From Dehalococcoidia bacterium (GTDB taxonomy: Bacteria > Chloroflexota > Dehalococcoidia > Plut-88900), in contig OZ240219.1 in the NCBI GenBank assembly GCA_965197645.1, positions 1,568,001-1,632,000 of the forward strand: 64,000 nt of DNA, written 5' to 3'. The position numbers were made by a program, and so were the translations under genes. Positions 51,423-60,522 of this stretch are shown one piece after another. Below the pieces are notes generated by a model. That model made no database searches, was not told the DNA's origin, and worked only from the letters and a program-made list of their open reading frames with translations. Numbering within the stretch: the first letter of the stretch is position 1; the number at the start of each line of letters is the position of its first letter.

Positions 51423-52271
51423 ATGAAAATCGGCGCCCACGTTTCCACGGCAGGCGGCATTCCTAAAGCCATCCCCAACGGAGAGGCGATAGGTGCGGAA
51501 GCCCTCCAGATATTCGGGTCGCCGCCCCAGAGCTGGAGGTACAAAGAGCACTCGGAAGAGAAAATCGCCGCATTCAAAGAGTCGACCAAGGCGGCCGGCA
51601 TGGGGCCGGTGTTCCTGCACGGGGTCTACCTGATAAACCTGGGCACCGATAAAGAGGAGAACATCGGCAAGGCCATCGACTCCCTGGTCTCCCACATGAC
51701 CCTGGCCTCCAGCATAGGCGCCGGCGGGGTCATCTTCCACATGGGCAGCCACAAGGGCCGGGGCTTCGATGCCGTCCTGCCCCAGGTGGTTGCGTCCATG
51801 AACTCGGTGTTAGAGAACACCCCGGAGGACTCCTGGCTGATCATCGAAAACGCGGCCGGCATGGGGAACCACATCGGCGCCGGCTTTGCCGAGATCGGCA
51901 CCGTCATGCGGGAGCTTGACAACGATAGGGTGAAGGTATGCCTGGACACCCAGCACTCCTACGCCGCCGGCTACGATCTGGCCGACAAGGACGGGATCGA
52001 GAAGGCGATGTCCGAGTTCGATGAGGAGATCGGCATCGACAAGCTGGTCGCGGTGCACGCTAACGACTCCAAGATCCCCCTGGGCGGTGGGGTCGATCGA
52101 CACGAGAACATCGGCGAGGGCCACATCGGCAAGGAGGGGTTCCAGGTCATCATGTGTCATCCCGCCTTCCGGGACGTTCCCTTCCTCCTGGAGGTCCCCG
52201 GGTTCGAGCGCAAGGGGCCGGACAGGCAGAACATAGACCTTCTCCACTCCATCTTCGATAGCTGTGGATAG
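51423..52271 (+). CDS. nfo: Endonuclease IV
   Basis: IGAHVS, HGVYLINL, FHMGS, ENAAG, CLDTQH, HANDSK, DRHENIG; ATG after AAGGAG. Confidence 0.95.
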   Translation: MKIGAHVSTAGGIPKAIPNGEAIGAEALQIFGSPPQSWRYKEHSEEKIAAFKESTKAAGMGPVFLHGVYLINLGTDKEENIGKAIDSLVSHMTLASSIGAGGVIFHMGSHKGRGFDAVLPQVVASMNSVLENTPEDSWLIIENAAGMGNHIGAGFAEIGTVMRELDNDRVKVCLDTQHSYAAGYDLADKDGIEKAMSEFDEEIGIDKLVAVHANDSKIPLGGGVDRHENIGEGHIGKEGFQVIMCHPAFRDVPFLLEVPGFERKGPDRQNIDLLHSIFDSCG

Positions 52272-52281
52272 CCCCTAGGCG

Positions 52282-52328
52282 CTACTACATGTAGTGCTTC
52301 TGCCGTAGCTTTTTACAACATGTAGTAT
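52282..52328. promoter_or_regulatory. Tandem NrdR-box-like palindromes
   Basis: CTACTACATGTAGTGC (52282-97) and TTACAACATGTAGTAT (52313-28), 31 bp apart; TATAAT at 52336-41. Confidence 0.65.
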
Positions 52329-52347
52329 CGTCCTGTATAATCCTCTC

Positions 52348-53364
52348 ATGTCATCGCGGTCGGTGCCGGGCCTAACCGTCGTCTTGCTGGCAGCCCTCCT
52401 GCTGATGTTGGTGGCCTGCAACAGGAGGGGAGACACCGGCGGCACCCTCGTCTACACCTCGGAGACCGATGGTAGCCGAGATATCTACGTCACATCCGTC
52501 GGCGGCGACCCGGTCCAATTGACCTCCAACTTGGCCGATGATCATTCGCCCGTGCTGTCCCCCAACGGTAAGTGGATCGCCTTCGTCTCCAGTCGCAAAG
52601 ACAATGACGATATCTTCATAGTGGAGACAACCGGTAAAGAGTTGACGGCGATTACCGATACCCCGGGGGACGAGTCTTCGCCCGTATGGTCCGCCGACGG
52701 CGACATGCTGGCCTATCTCTCCCAGTCGTCCGACGGCACCACTCACATCGTCGTTGCCAACGTAGACGATCCGGACCCCCGGCGCCTTACCAACGAGCAG
52801 ACCAATGAAGGCTCGCCCTCCATCTCGCCCGACGGCCAGTGGATCGCCTACACCGTCATGGACGCCGAGGGGACGCCCCAGGGCATCAACCTGCGGAACC
52901 TGGGTGGGGTGAACCAGATACGGCTCACCAACGGGCCCGATACCCGGCCCAACTGGTCGCGGGAAGGGTTCAGCATCGTCTTCGAGTCCACCCGTGACGG
53001 AGACAGCGACATCTACGTCGTCGAGCTGGACGAGGACCTCAACCCCGGCCAGCCCCGGCGGCTTACAAACGATCCGGCCGCCGACCACTCACCCGCCTGG
53101 TCTCCAAGAGGGGACTGGATAGCCTTCATCTCCGAGCGAGACGACAATCCCGAGGTCTACATCATCAGCATAGACGGCACCCTGGAGAAACGGCTCACCC
53201 GCAATGAGGCCGCAGAGTCCGGCATCGCTTGGTCGGAGAAAGGGCGGTTGGCCTTTGTCTCCGACCTGCATGGCAACACCGATATCTACGTGATGGACTC
53301 CGATGGCGCCCACCAGCAGCAGGTGACCCTCGGCCTGGAGAACGACGCTCAACCCGACTGGTAA
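52348..53364 (+). CDS. TolB-like PD40 beta-propeller lipoprotein
   Basis: Lipobox LVAC; repeated P-x-W/L-S-P-D/N-G..IAF..S.R units. Confidence 0.88.
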   Translation: MSSRSVPGLTVVLLAALLLMLVACNRRGDTGGTLVYTSETDGSRDIYVTSVGGDPVQLTSNLADDHSPVLSPNGKWIAFVSSRKDNDDIFIVETTGKELTAITDTPGDESSPVWSADGDMLAYLSQSSDGTTHIVVANVDDPDPRRLTNEQTNEGSPSISPDGQWIAYTVMDAEGTPQGINLRNLGGVNQIRLTNGPDTRPNWSREGFSIVFESTRDGDSDIYVVELDEDLNPGQPRRLTNDPAADHSPAWSPRGDWIAFISERDDNPEVYIISIDGTLEKRLTRNEAAESGIAWSEKGRLAFVSDLHGNTDIYVMDSDGAHQQQVTLGLENDAQPDW

Positions 53365-53379
53365 CCGTCGGAACTCCCC

Positions 53380-53441
53380 TTGACCGACCCTGCTCATAAG
53401 CTTATACTTCATTTCGTACCCATACCCAGGGGGTATGGGTA
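53380..53441 (+). promoter_or_regulatory. csoR promoter and CsoR operator
   Basis: TTGACC-N17-TATACT (53380-53408), then a perfect 11-bp inverted repeat TACCCATACCC-AGG-GGGTATGGGTA (53417-41) with central C/G tracts typical of CsoR sites. Confidence 0.85.
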
Positions 53442-53456
53442 TTTTGAAAGGTTGCT

Positions 53457-53723
53457 ATGAAGCAAGAGACCAAGGGCGAGAGCCTCAAGCGGCTGAACTA
53501 CATAGATGGACACCTAGAGGGCATCCGCAAGATGGTCCAGCAGGACAAGTATTGCGTCGACATCCTCAAGCAGACGTATGCCGTTCGCCGGGCCATCGAA
53601 AAACTGGAAGCGCTGATGCTGGAGGGCCACATGCACACCTGTGTCCTGGAGGGCATCAGGGACGGCCGGGAGGACCAGATAGTCGGCGAACTGCTGGAGC
53701 TCTACAAGGTCGCCAACAAGTAG
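53457..53723 (+). CDS. csoR: CsoR/RcnR family copper-sensing repressor
   Basis: RLNYIDGHLEGI, YCVDILKQ, GHMHTC (Cys-His-Cys ligands); upstream of copA. Confidence 0.9.
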   Translation: MKQETKGESLKRLNYIDGHLEGIRKMVQQDKYCVDILKQTYAVRRAIEKLEALMLEGHMHTCVLEGIRDGREDQIVGELLELYKVANK

Positions 53724-53790
53724 CCGTCGCCTTCCTCGCCTCTTCGAAGGACGGGCGGATAGGAATCACCGGTGTGCGGGAGAATCAACT

Positions 53791-53994
53791 ATGGGCATCC
53801 TAGACCTGTTTCGCAGAAAGCCTGAGCTCGCCAGGGACCCCGTTTGTCATATGGAAGTGGATAAGGCCAAGGCCCGGGCTACCAGCAGCTATGAAGGCGA
53901 GACCTACTACTTCTGTGCCCCAGGCTGTAAGAACATGTTCGACGAGGACCCGGCCAAGCACATCGGCTCCGAAACGCCGGCTGTCGAGATGTAG
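53791..53994 (+). CDS. YHS/TRASH domain metal-binding protein
   Basis: DPVCHMEV, YYFCAPGC, FDEDP. Confidence 0.88.
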   Translation: MGILDLFRRKPELARDPVCHMEVDKAKARATSSYEGETYYFCAPGCKNMFDEDPAKHIGSETPAVEM

Positions 53995-54041
53995 ACCCGG
54001 ACCCGCCGACCCGGCTGCTCTAGCTCCGGGGACGATGGAAA

Positions 54042-56417
54042 ATGATCGACGAGATCGCAATAGGGATAAGCGCTGTCGTACTGTCCGTATCCCTTCTCTG
54101 GTTCTTCTTTGGGAAGAGGGAGGCCGTCGAGTCTCCTCCCGTAAGTATAGCGTCCCACGAAGAGCCCTCAATAGAGGGGGCGCCCGTGGAGAGCCTTGCC
54201 AGCTGCACCCTTTCCATTCAGGGCATGACCTGCGCCGCCTGTGTCATGGCCATCGAGAGGGCGTTGATGCGGGCCCAAGGCGTTCAATCGGCCGCTGTCA
54301 ACCTCGCCACCGAGCGGGCCACCGTCGCCTACGATCCCGAGCTGGCAGCGGAAAGCGAGATGATCGAGGCGGTACGGGCCGTGGGATACGGGGCCAAGGC
54401 GGCATCGTCCATCGAGGAGGCCAGCGCCGAGCAGGACCGGGAGCGGGCTCGGCACCTGCGTCTGCTCAGCCTCAAAGTAGCCCTGGGCGCCCCGATAGCC
54501 GTGTTCCTGTTCATCGGCGCCAGCGGTGACCTCTTTGGCTGGGACCCGGGCTTCTTTAGCAATCACTACCTCCATTTCGGGCTAGCGGCGCCGGTCCAGT
54601 TCTGGATAGGCCGGCAGTTCCTCACGGCGGCCTGGACGACCTTTCTTCACCGCTCGGCGGACATGAACACCCTAATCGCCGTCGGGACCCTCTCCGCGTT
54701 TATATTCAGTACGGTTGTAACCTTTGCCGGCGACTTGCTGCCTGAGTCCATCGAGGGGGCGGTCTATTTCGACACCGCCGCTATCATCATCACCCTGGTC
54801 CTCCTTGGCCGGCTTCTCGAGGCCAGGGCCAAGAGCCGCACCTCCGATGCAATCAAGAAGCTCATGGGTCTGCGGGCCAAAACCGCCCGGGTGGTAAGGG
54901 ACGGTCGGGAAGAGGACATACCCCAGGAGCAGGTGCGTGTGGGGGACATCGTCATAGTTCGGCCCGGCGAGAAGGTACCCGCAGACGGCGAGGTCCTGGA
55001 GGGCGCGTCCGCCCTGGACGAATCCATGGTCACGGGCGAGAGCATCCCCGTCGACAAAGGCCCCGGCCAGCAGGTCATCGGCTCGACCATCAACACCACG
55101 GGGTCCTTCCGGTTCAGAGCCACCAAGGTCGGATCGGACACGGTCCTGGCCCAGATAGTCAAGCTGGTGCAGGACGCGCAGGGCTCCAAGGCGCCGATAC
55201 AACGAACGGCCGACCAGATCTCCGGCTACTTCGTTCCGGCGGTTGTGCTGATAGCCATGGGGACTTTCGCCGGCTGGTACCTGCTCGGTCCGGCCCCCCA
55301 GCTCACACACGCGTTCATCAGTCTGGTAGCAGTGCTCATCATCGCCTGTCCCTGCGCCCTCGGCCTCGCCACCCCCACGTCGATCATGGTGGGTACCGGC
55401 AAGGGGGCGGAGAACGGCATCCTGGTCCGCAGCGCCGAGGCCCTGGAGACGGCCCACAGACTCGATACCATCATCTTCGATAAGACGGGCACTCTTACCA
55501 AGGGGCAACCCTCGCTGACCGATGTCGTTCCCGGACCGGGCTTCACCGAGAAGCAGGTGCTCTCCCTGGTAGCCTCCGCCGAGCGAGGCTCGGAGCACCC
55601 GTTGGGCCAGGCAATCATCCACGGCGCCCGGCAGCGAGGCCTTGAGCTGGAAGAACCCGTAGACTTCGAAGCGGTGCCCGGTCGCGGCATCCGGGTGCAG
55701 GTCAATGGACACCGGGTTGCCGTGGGCAACCGGGAGCTGATGGACGCTTCCGGCGCATCGCTGGACGGTCTAGGCGATCAGGCCCTCGCCATGGCCAATC
55801 AGGGTAAGACCCCCATGTACGTAGCCGTCGACGGCGAGCCCGCGGGTGTCGTAGCCGTGGCCGATATCTTGAAGGAGGAGTCAGTGGCGGCGGTGAAGGC
55901 CCTTCAGGAGATGGGCATCGAGGTAGCGATGATGACGGGTGACAACCGTCGGACCGCGGAAGCCATAGCACGGCAGGCGGGTATCGACCGGGTGCTGGCC
56001 GAGGTGCTTCCCCAGGACAAGGCCTCGGAGGTGAGCAAGCTTCAGGCGGAGGGCAGATCGGTTGGGATGGTGGGGGACGGCATCAACGATGCTCCGGCCC
56101 TCGCTCGAGCGGACGTCGGTATTGCCGTGGGCACCGGCACGGATGTCGCCATGGAAGCCGCCGACATCACCCTCATCGGCTCCAGCCTGGAGGGCGTGGT
56201 AACGGCGGTCAAGCTGAGCAAGGCCACCATGAGGAACATCAAGCAGAACCTGTTCTGGGCCTTCTTCTACAACACGGCCGGCATCCCGATAGCGGCCGGC
56301 GTCCTGTTCCCATTCATCGGGCTGCTGCTTAATCCGGGCATCGCCGCCGCGGCCATGGCCTTTAGCTCCGTCTCGGTCGTGTCCAACGCTCTGCGCCTGC
56401 GGCGGTTCAGAGGGTAA
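54042..56417 (+). CDS. copA: Copper-translocating P1B-type ATPase
   Basis: [36 protein letters not shown] and MAFSS Cu(I) ligands. Confidence 0.95.
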   Translation: MIDEIAIGISAVVLSVSLLWFFFGKREAVESPPVSIASHEEPSIEGAPVESLASCTLSIQGMTCAACVMAIERALMRAQGVQSAAVNLATERATVAYDPELAAESEMIEAVRAVGYGAKAASSIEEASAEQDRERARHLRLLSLKVALGAPIAVFLFIGASGDLFGWDPGFFSNHYLHFGLAAPVQFWIGRQFLTAAWTTFLHRSADMNTLIAVGTLSAFIFSTVVTFAGDLLPESIEGAVYFDTAAIIITLVLLGRLLEARAKSRTSDAIKKLMGLRAKTARVVRDGREEDIPQEQVRVGDIVIVRPGEKVPADGEVLEGASALDESMVTGESIPVDKGPGQQVIGSTINTTGSFRFRATKVGSDTVLAQIVKLVQDAQGSKAPIQRTADQISGYFVPAVVLIAMGTFAGWYLLGPAPQLTHAFISLVAVLIIACPCALGLATPTSIMVGTGKGAENGILVRSAEALETAHRLDTIIFDKTGTLTKGQPSLTDVVPGPGFTEKQVLSLVASAERGSEHPLGQAIIHGARQRGLELEEPVDFEAVPGRGIRVQVNGHRVAVGNRELMDASGASLDGLGDQALAMANQGKTPMYVAVDGEPAGVVAVADILKEESVAAVKALQEMGIEVAMMTGDNRRTAEAIARQAGIDRVLAEVLPQDKASEVSKLQAEGRSVGMVGDGINDAPALARADVGIAVGTGTDVAMEAADITLIGSSLEGVVTAVKLSKATMRNIKQNLFWAFFYNTAGIPIAAGVLFPFIGLLLNPGIAAAAMAFSSVSVVSNALRLRRFRG

Positions 56418-56498
56418 GGCCGGCATCGTTCGGCGTCCTGTCGTCCCCTTCAATTCGGATGTTTCGCACGTCCGCGTCGGTTGGAAGTGCGCGTTTGT

Positions 56499-56927
56499 TC
56501 AGAAGGCGGTAGCCTCCACTTTAAGGCTGCACCCCACCGCTCGGAGCGCATTTTCGACCTGACTCATGTGGGAGCGGTGGTCCGGGTTGGTCAGCTTGCG
56601 TACGGCGGACTCGCTAACGCCCAGCCTGTCGGCCAGCTCCACGTTGGTGATGCGCCGCTCTCTCATGACCGTGTACAGGGCGAGCTCGGCAGCCACGACG
56701 GTCGGGATCGGCACCAACACCTGGCCATCAACCGACTCGCTGGGAATCGGGATGTCCCGCTTCTCATGGACGTACCCGGCTAGCGCAGTACCAAGTGCGT
56801 CTTCCGCTATTGCCAGAGCCTGGGAACGGTCTTTTCCGTCGGTGATGGCCTCCGGCACGTTGGGGAAGGTGACGACTAGTCGTCCACCTTCATCGGGGGT
56901 CGGTCGACAAGGGTATGCGTAGATCAT
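56499..56927 (-). CDS. hicB: HicB family antitoxin with C-terminal HTH
   Basis: VTFPNVPEAITDG, ALGTAL, IPIPS, ELADRLGV. Confidence 0.85.
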   Translation of the reverse strand: MIYAYPCRPTPDEGGRLVVTFPNVPEAITDGKDRSQALAIAEDALGTALAGYVHEKRDIPIPSESVDGQVLVPIPTVVAAELALYTVMRERRITNVELADRLGVSESAVRKLTNPDHRSHMSQVENALRAVGCSLKVEATAF

Positions 56928-56930
56928 GGC

Positions 56931-57137
56931 TCAGCGCTCCTTGCGATCGATGTTCAACGGACGCAGCGTCGCGACTAACACGCCCTTTGTCAACTCGCAC
57001 CGTTGCACTGTCGTGAACCGAGAACCGACGTGGACTCTGTCGTGACTGCCCTTGCCGTGAGCCTAATCGAAACGGAAGCTTAGTCCCGTTTTGCGAGCAT
57101 AGTCCTTTGCTCTCCTAATGAACTCACGGCTGGTCAT
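56931..57137 (-). pseudogene. hicA: HicA toxin interrupted by an in-frame TAG
   Basis: Manual translation MTSREFIRRAKDYARKTGLSFRFD*AHGKGSHDRVHVGSRFTTVQRCELTKGVLVATLRPLNIDRKER*; GKGSH motif; TAG at 57063-65; 3 bp upstream of hicB. Confidence 0.82.
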
Positions 57138-57212
57138 ACAGTCATTACCGCACCTTTATAAGCGAATTCCAATCGGGCGCCGGACCGAGGAGAGGCGGCG
57201 TCCGATGCAGTG

Positions 57213-58688
57213 CTAGCCGAGGAAGCGGCGGAGGTGGGCCGCCTCTTCGATGAAGTGGGAGATATGCCTGGTCTTGTTTTCTTGGCTGATGCTGGCCCAG
57301 ATGGCGCTGGTCAGGCCCTCGTGGACCTGGTCAAGCTCGTCCGTAAACTGGTCCAGGAGTGCCAGGTAAGGTTCGCCGAGCAACTCCTTGACGCGCCGTT
57401 CATTGGCGAAGCGCAAGGCGGCGCGCAGGTCTTCACCCAGGCTGGGGTAGACCTCCTTCACAAATGCAAGGTCGCTCTCGCTCAGGGAGGCAAGGCCCAG
57501 CAGCTCCGGCGGAACGCCTATGGAGTACAGAGAAGCTGTGAATCCTATTGCCCGAGGAAGCGTCACACCGCCAACCCCGCCCAGAGAGCGGCCGTAGCCG
57601 AAGAGGCCCACGTGGAGTTTACGCTCGCGGCGTCTTGGAACGTGTCCCGATACGGCCCTGATGGCACCGGTCAATTTCTGCACGTTCGCCTGATACTCGG
57701 CCGTTGTCTTGTCTATGATCTCGCGGGCCCGCTTCTCCTCGATGGGTACGGGCTCGGCCCGCTCGTGAGCGAGAATCTGCTCGATGCCCTTGCGCACGAC
57801 ATCCGTGTCGTAGTCGTACTTGAAGGCCGACTGGACGGTGAAGGTCTGGGCGGTAGGGTACTCGATCAGGGCGCGCTCGACATTGAGCGGGGTAAGATGG
57901 CCTCGAAAGGGTACCGAGCCGGCGCCAATGATGGGGTAGAGGAGCAGTCCCAGCTTCTTTTCGAGATTGTGCAAGCGCAGCAACCCCACTTTCAGTACCA
58001 GCTCTGCGCCTACTATCCCGTAGTTCAGGGCCGGGTCACTTCTCGCAAAGAATACACGCTGGTGCGGCAGGTCCCTGTCTCGCACGTACTCTTCCACAAT
58101 CCGGTCGCAGTGGAGCAGGCTGTCCATGTCTTCGATGAGGGGGATGACCCTCACCCGTTTCGGGAGAAACTCACCTACCCAGTCCTTGACGGACTGACCG
58201 TGTACGAGCGTCTGGTCTTCCTGGCCCACTATCACCTTCTGGTAGTAGGCCTCCACCAGGGAGAGCTCTTGCGCAGACGTGGTGAACGGAAGGATGACCT
58301 CCTGTATGGGAGCGGCGTGTTCGTCGCCGTAGAAACCTCGTGCCATGTCCCAGGCGGAGGGCACGCTCTGCAGGGCCTCGACCATCGACTTGCGCATATC
58401 GTGCTCTATCTGCGGATTGGGCACGCGCAACGTCAGGGCTATGTCCCGCCCGAGGTGATATTGATTCCGGAAGAAGTCGGGGTAGCTGGTGAGGAGCTTC
58501 CGCACGACCTGTGTGTCGGCCGCCTTGCCTTCCGAGTCCCACATCTGCTCATCGCAGCCCAGGGCGTACACACTTGCGGCCTCATCCACCTCACCGTCTC
58601 CCTTCAACACTCCTGCATCGTCGGCAAAGGGGGCCCGCATGGCGTTATCCGGGTGTTGGGTGCTCATTACTTTAGGAATCAAGTACAT
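57213..58688 (-). CDS. ppcA: Archaeal-type phosphoenolpyruvate carboxylase
   Basis: IPKVMSTQHPDNA, MWDSEGK, RVPNP, IPLIED, ARSDPALNYG, PFRG, PRRRERKLHVGLFGY, LPRAI. Confidence 0.93.
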   Translation of the reverse strand: MYLIPKVMSTQHPDNAMRAPFADDAGVLKGDGEVDEAASVYALGCDEQMWDSEGKAADTQVVRKLLTSYPDFFRNQYHLGRDIALTLRVPNPQIEHDMRKSMVEALQSVPSAWDMARGFYGDEHAAPIQEVILPFTTSAQELSLVEAYYQKVIVGQEDQTLVHGQSVKDWVGEFLPKRVRVIPLIEDMDSLLHCDRIVEEYVRDRDLPHQRVFFARSDPALNYGIVGAELVLKVGLLRLHNLEKKLGLLLYPIIGAGSVPFRGHLTPLNVERALIEYPTAQTFTVQSAFKYDYDTDVVRKGIEQILAHERAEPVPIEEKRAREIIDKTTAEYQANVQKLTGAIRAVSGHVPRRRERKLHVGLFGYGRSLGGVGGVTLPRAIGFTASLYSIGVPPELLGLASLSESDLAFVKEVYPSLGEDLRAALRFANERRVKELLGEPYLALLDQFTDELDQVHEGLTSAIWASISQENKTRHISHFIEEAAHLRRFLG

Positions 58689-58776
58689 AGCGGTTCTCCC
58701 ATCGAGCTACTTGAACGGATGAGTCCATAGTACATTTCGTATGGCGTTTGACCGTAAAGGGTCGATCATGTTCAGC

Positions 58777-59577
58777 TCAGCAATCGACACGTTGGAAGTG
58801 GGGAGAGCTGCCGCTTCCCCATGGGGAGTTCAAGAATGCCCGGATACGAGCTTCCAGACGATCAGAGTGTGAAGGGTTGGGCAACACGAAGTAGATGCGC
58901 GACGAGCGGCGTCGGTAGCGGAGCGCTATGGGCCTTGCGCTGGGCAAGCAACATTTCAGCTCTTCGGCTCGACCTCTTACCTGCTCTGCCACGCCTGCTC
59001 CCCGGCCATTGTACGAGCGCCCGATGTGGTGGTAGACGATCAAACTCTGTCCGGTGTCCCAGCAGCGCTGGAGATCATCGTAGTAGACGTACTTGGCTCC
59101 CTTCCGCCTGTGGCGGCTTTGGCTGGGGACCTGGAGACCGTTATCGGGATCGACGAAGACTATCTCAGTAGCTTTGACCCGCTCAATCCCGGCGCTCAAC
59201 CAGCGAGTCCGCTTCTCACACCGCTCCCCAATCGGTGTCGTATCAAAGTTCAGGCCATCGTTGAAAAAGACCGTGTCCGCAGGAAGGATACCTTTGGCCT
59301 CGACGGCCGCTATCGACCGCTCATTGTTCACGAGATCGAGCATCATGCAAAACAGTTCGGGATCGCAATCCCGAAGGCGGCGTTCATGGCTAGAGGCACA
59401 GCATGTGAGGTATTGGATGTGCTTACCGTCGTTAGGAGCGGCTAAATCGTTGCCGTCGAACCGATACCATAGCACTCCGAGACGGAGCGCCGGGCCGTGC
59501 TCGTCCTCAGGGCATAGGCGACGTAGCAGACCGTACTTTCCGAAGTCGCCGACGTCTCCCACGTATCGATCCTGCAC
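58777..59577 (-). CDS. Conserved hypothetical protein, possible RlmJ-like methyltransferase fold
   Basis: MQDRYVGDVGDFGKYGLLR N-terminus; IVFVDPDNG; GTG start after GGAGG. Confidence 0.6.
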   Translation of the reverse strand: MQDRYVGDVGDFGKYGLLRRLCPEDEHGPALRLGVLWYRFDGNDLAAPNDGKHIQYLTCCASSHERRLRDCDPELFCMMLDLVNNERSIAAVEAKGILPADTVFFNDGLNFDTTPIGERCEKRTRWLSAGIERVKATEIVFVDPDNGLQVPSQSRHRRKGAKYVYYDDLQRCWDTGQSLIVYHHIGRSYNGRGAGVAEQVRGRAEELKCCLPSARPIALRYRRRSSRIYFVLPNPSHSDRLEARIRAFLNSPWGSGSSPHFQRVDC

Positions 59578-59615
59578 CTAGAGTACCTCCCTGGCTATTC
59601 TATCCTGGACAGATC

Positions 59616-60518
59616 TTACGAGACTTGGAGCCTGTGAGCAGTACGCGGATCCCGCGTCACAGCCCGCACTCTTACCTCCACGTCCATGCGAGCCTCCTCA
59701 CCCCCTGCAAAGACCCCCCGAATCGGGGCTACGTCCTGATAATCTCGCCCTATTGCCACCTTGATGTGCAGCTGGCCGGCCAGACACCGGTTCGTAGGAT
59801 CGAAGCCGATCCAGCCCAGATCGGGGAGGCGGCACTCCACCCAGGCATGCATGGCCTCTTGTGGCACCTCTTCGCCATCCTGATCGACCATGTAGATGTA
59901 GCCCGAAACGTAGCGCGCCGGGACGTGCCAGGAACGAGCGATGGCGATCATCACGTGGGCATAGTCCTGGCAGACCCCCTGCCTCGATTCCAGGATCTGC
60001 TCTATGGGGGAACTCGCTGATGAGCTGCCCGGAACGTACTGAAAACTGTTGAAGAGAGTGTCGGAAAGTCGCAGCAGCGACTCCAAGGGATCGTCTCCCG
60101 CCTTGATACCCAGCTCGTCGACGAAGGCGGTCAGGGCGTCTGAGGGTTGAGCGAAGGCGCTGGCATGGGTGAACTCCCAGTAATCGAAGGAGTCCTTCCA
60201 CGAGCGCACCTCCTCCCAGGCGTCGGCGCCCAGTGAGTCCGGCAGCAAAGCGGCCGGGCCACGCTCCACCTGCGCCCGCGTGGTGATCTCCAGGGTTTCG
60301 TGCTCTCGATGTATGTTGAGGACCTGCTTCGTGTTGCCGAACCAGTCCATCTCGCTGTTCACCGGCGCCGCGGGCTTCGTAGCCACGTCGAAACTCAGAA
60401 GCCGTTGATCATCGTCATCCCGGGGCCTCAGGCAAATGGACGATACGGAGCGCCTTACCGGTGAAGAGTACACGTAACGAGAGAAATGCTCGATTTCGTA
60501 GAGGGCCGGATCGCCCAT
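59616..60518 (-). CDS. Transglutaminase-like protein with N-terminal bacterial TG domain
   Basis: GVCQDYAH (Cys), ARYVSGY, HAWVE (His), FDPTN (Asp), GRDY. Confidence 0.92.
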   Translation of the reverse strand: MGDPALYEIEHFSRYVYSSPVRRSVSSICLRPRDDDDQRLLSFDVATKPAAPVNSEMDWFGNTKQVLNIHREHETLEITTRAQVERGPAALLPDSLGADAWEEVRSWKDSFDYWEFTHASAFAQPSDALTAFVDELGIKAGDDPLESLLRLSDTLFNSFQYVPGSSSASSPIEQILESRQGVCQDYAHVMIAIARSWHVPARYVSGYIYMVDQDGEEVPQEAMHAWVECRLPDLGWIGFDPTNRCLAGQLHIKVAIGRDYQDVAPIRGVFAGGEEARMDVEVRVRAVTRDPRTAHRLQVS

Positions 60519-60522
60519 AGAG

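Noticed and set aside
57063-57065. Amber recoding (pyrrolysine or alternative code) in hicA
   Set aside because: TAG is the normal stop of many intact genes in this window, and no pyl genes are present.
57210-58730. 506-aa plus-strand ORF (and similar long antisense ORFs, e.g. 28201-29601, 25883-27208, 15385-16587, 47221-48396)
   Set aside because: They mirror well-supported genes on the opposite strand and carry no motifs; such shadow ORFs are expected from high GC3 codon bias.
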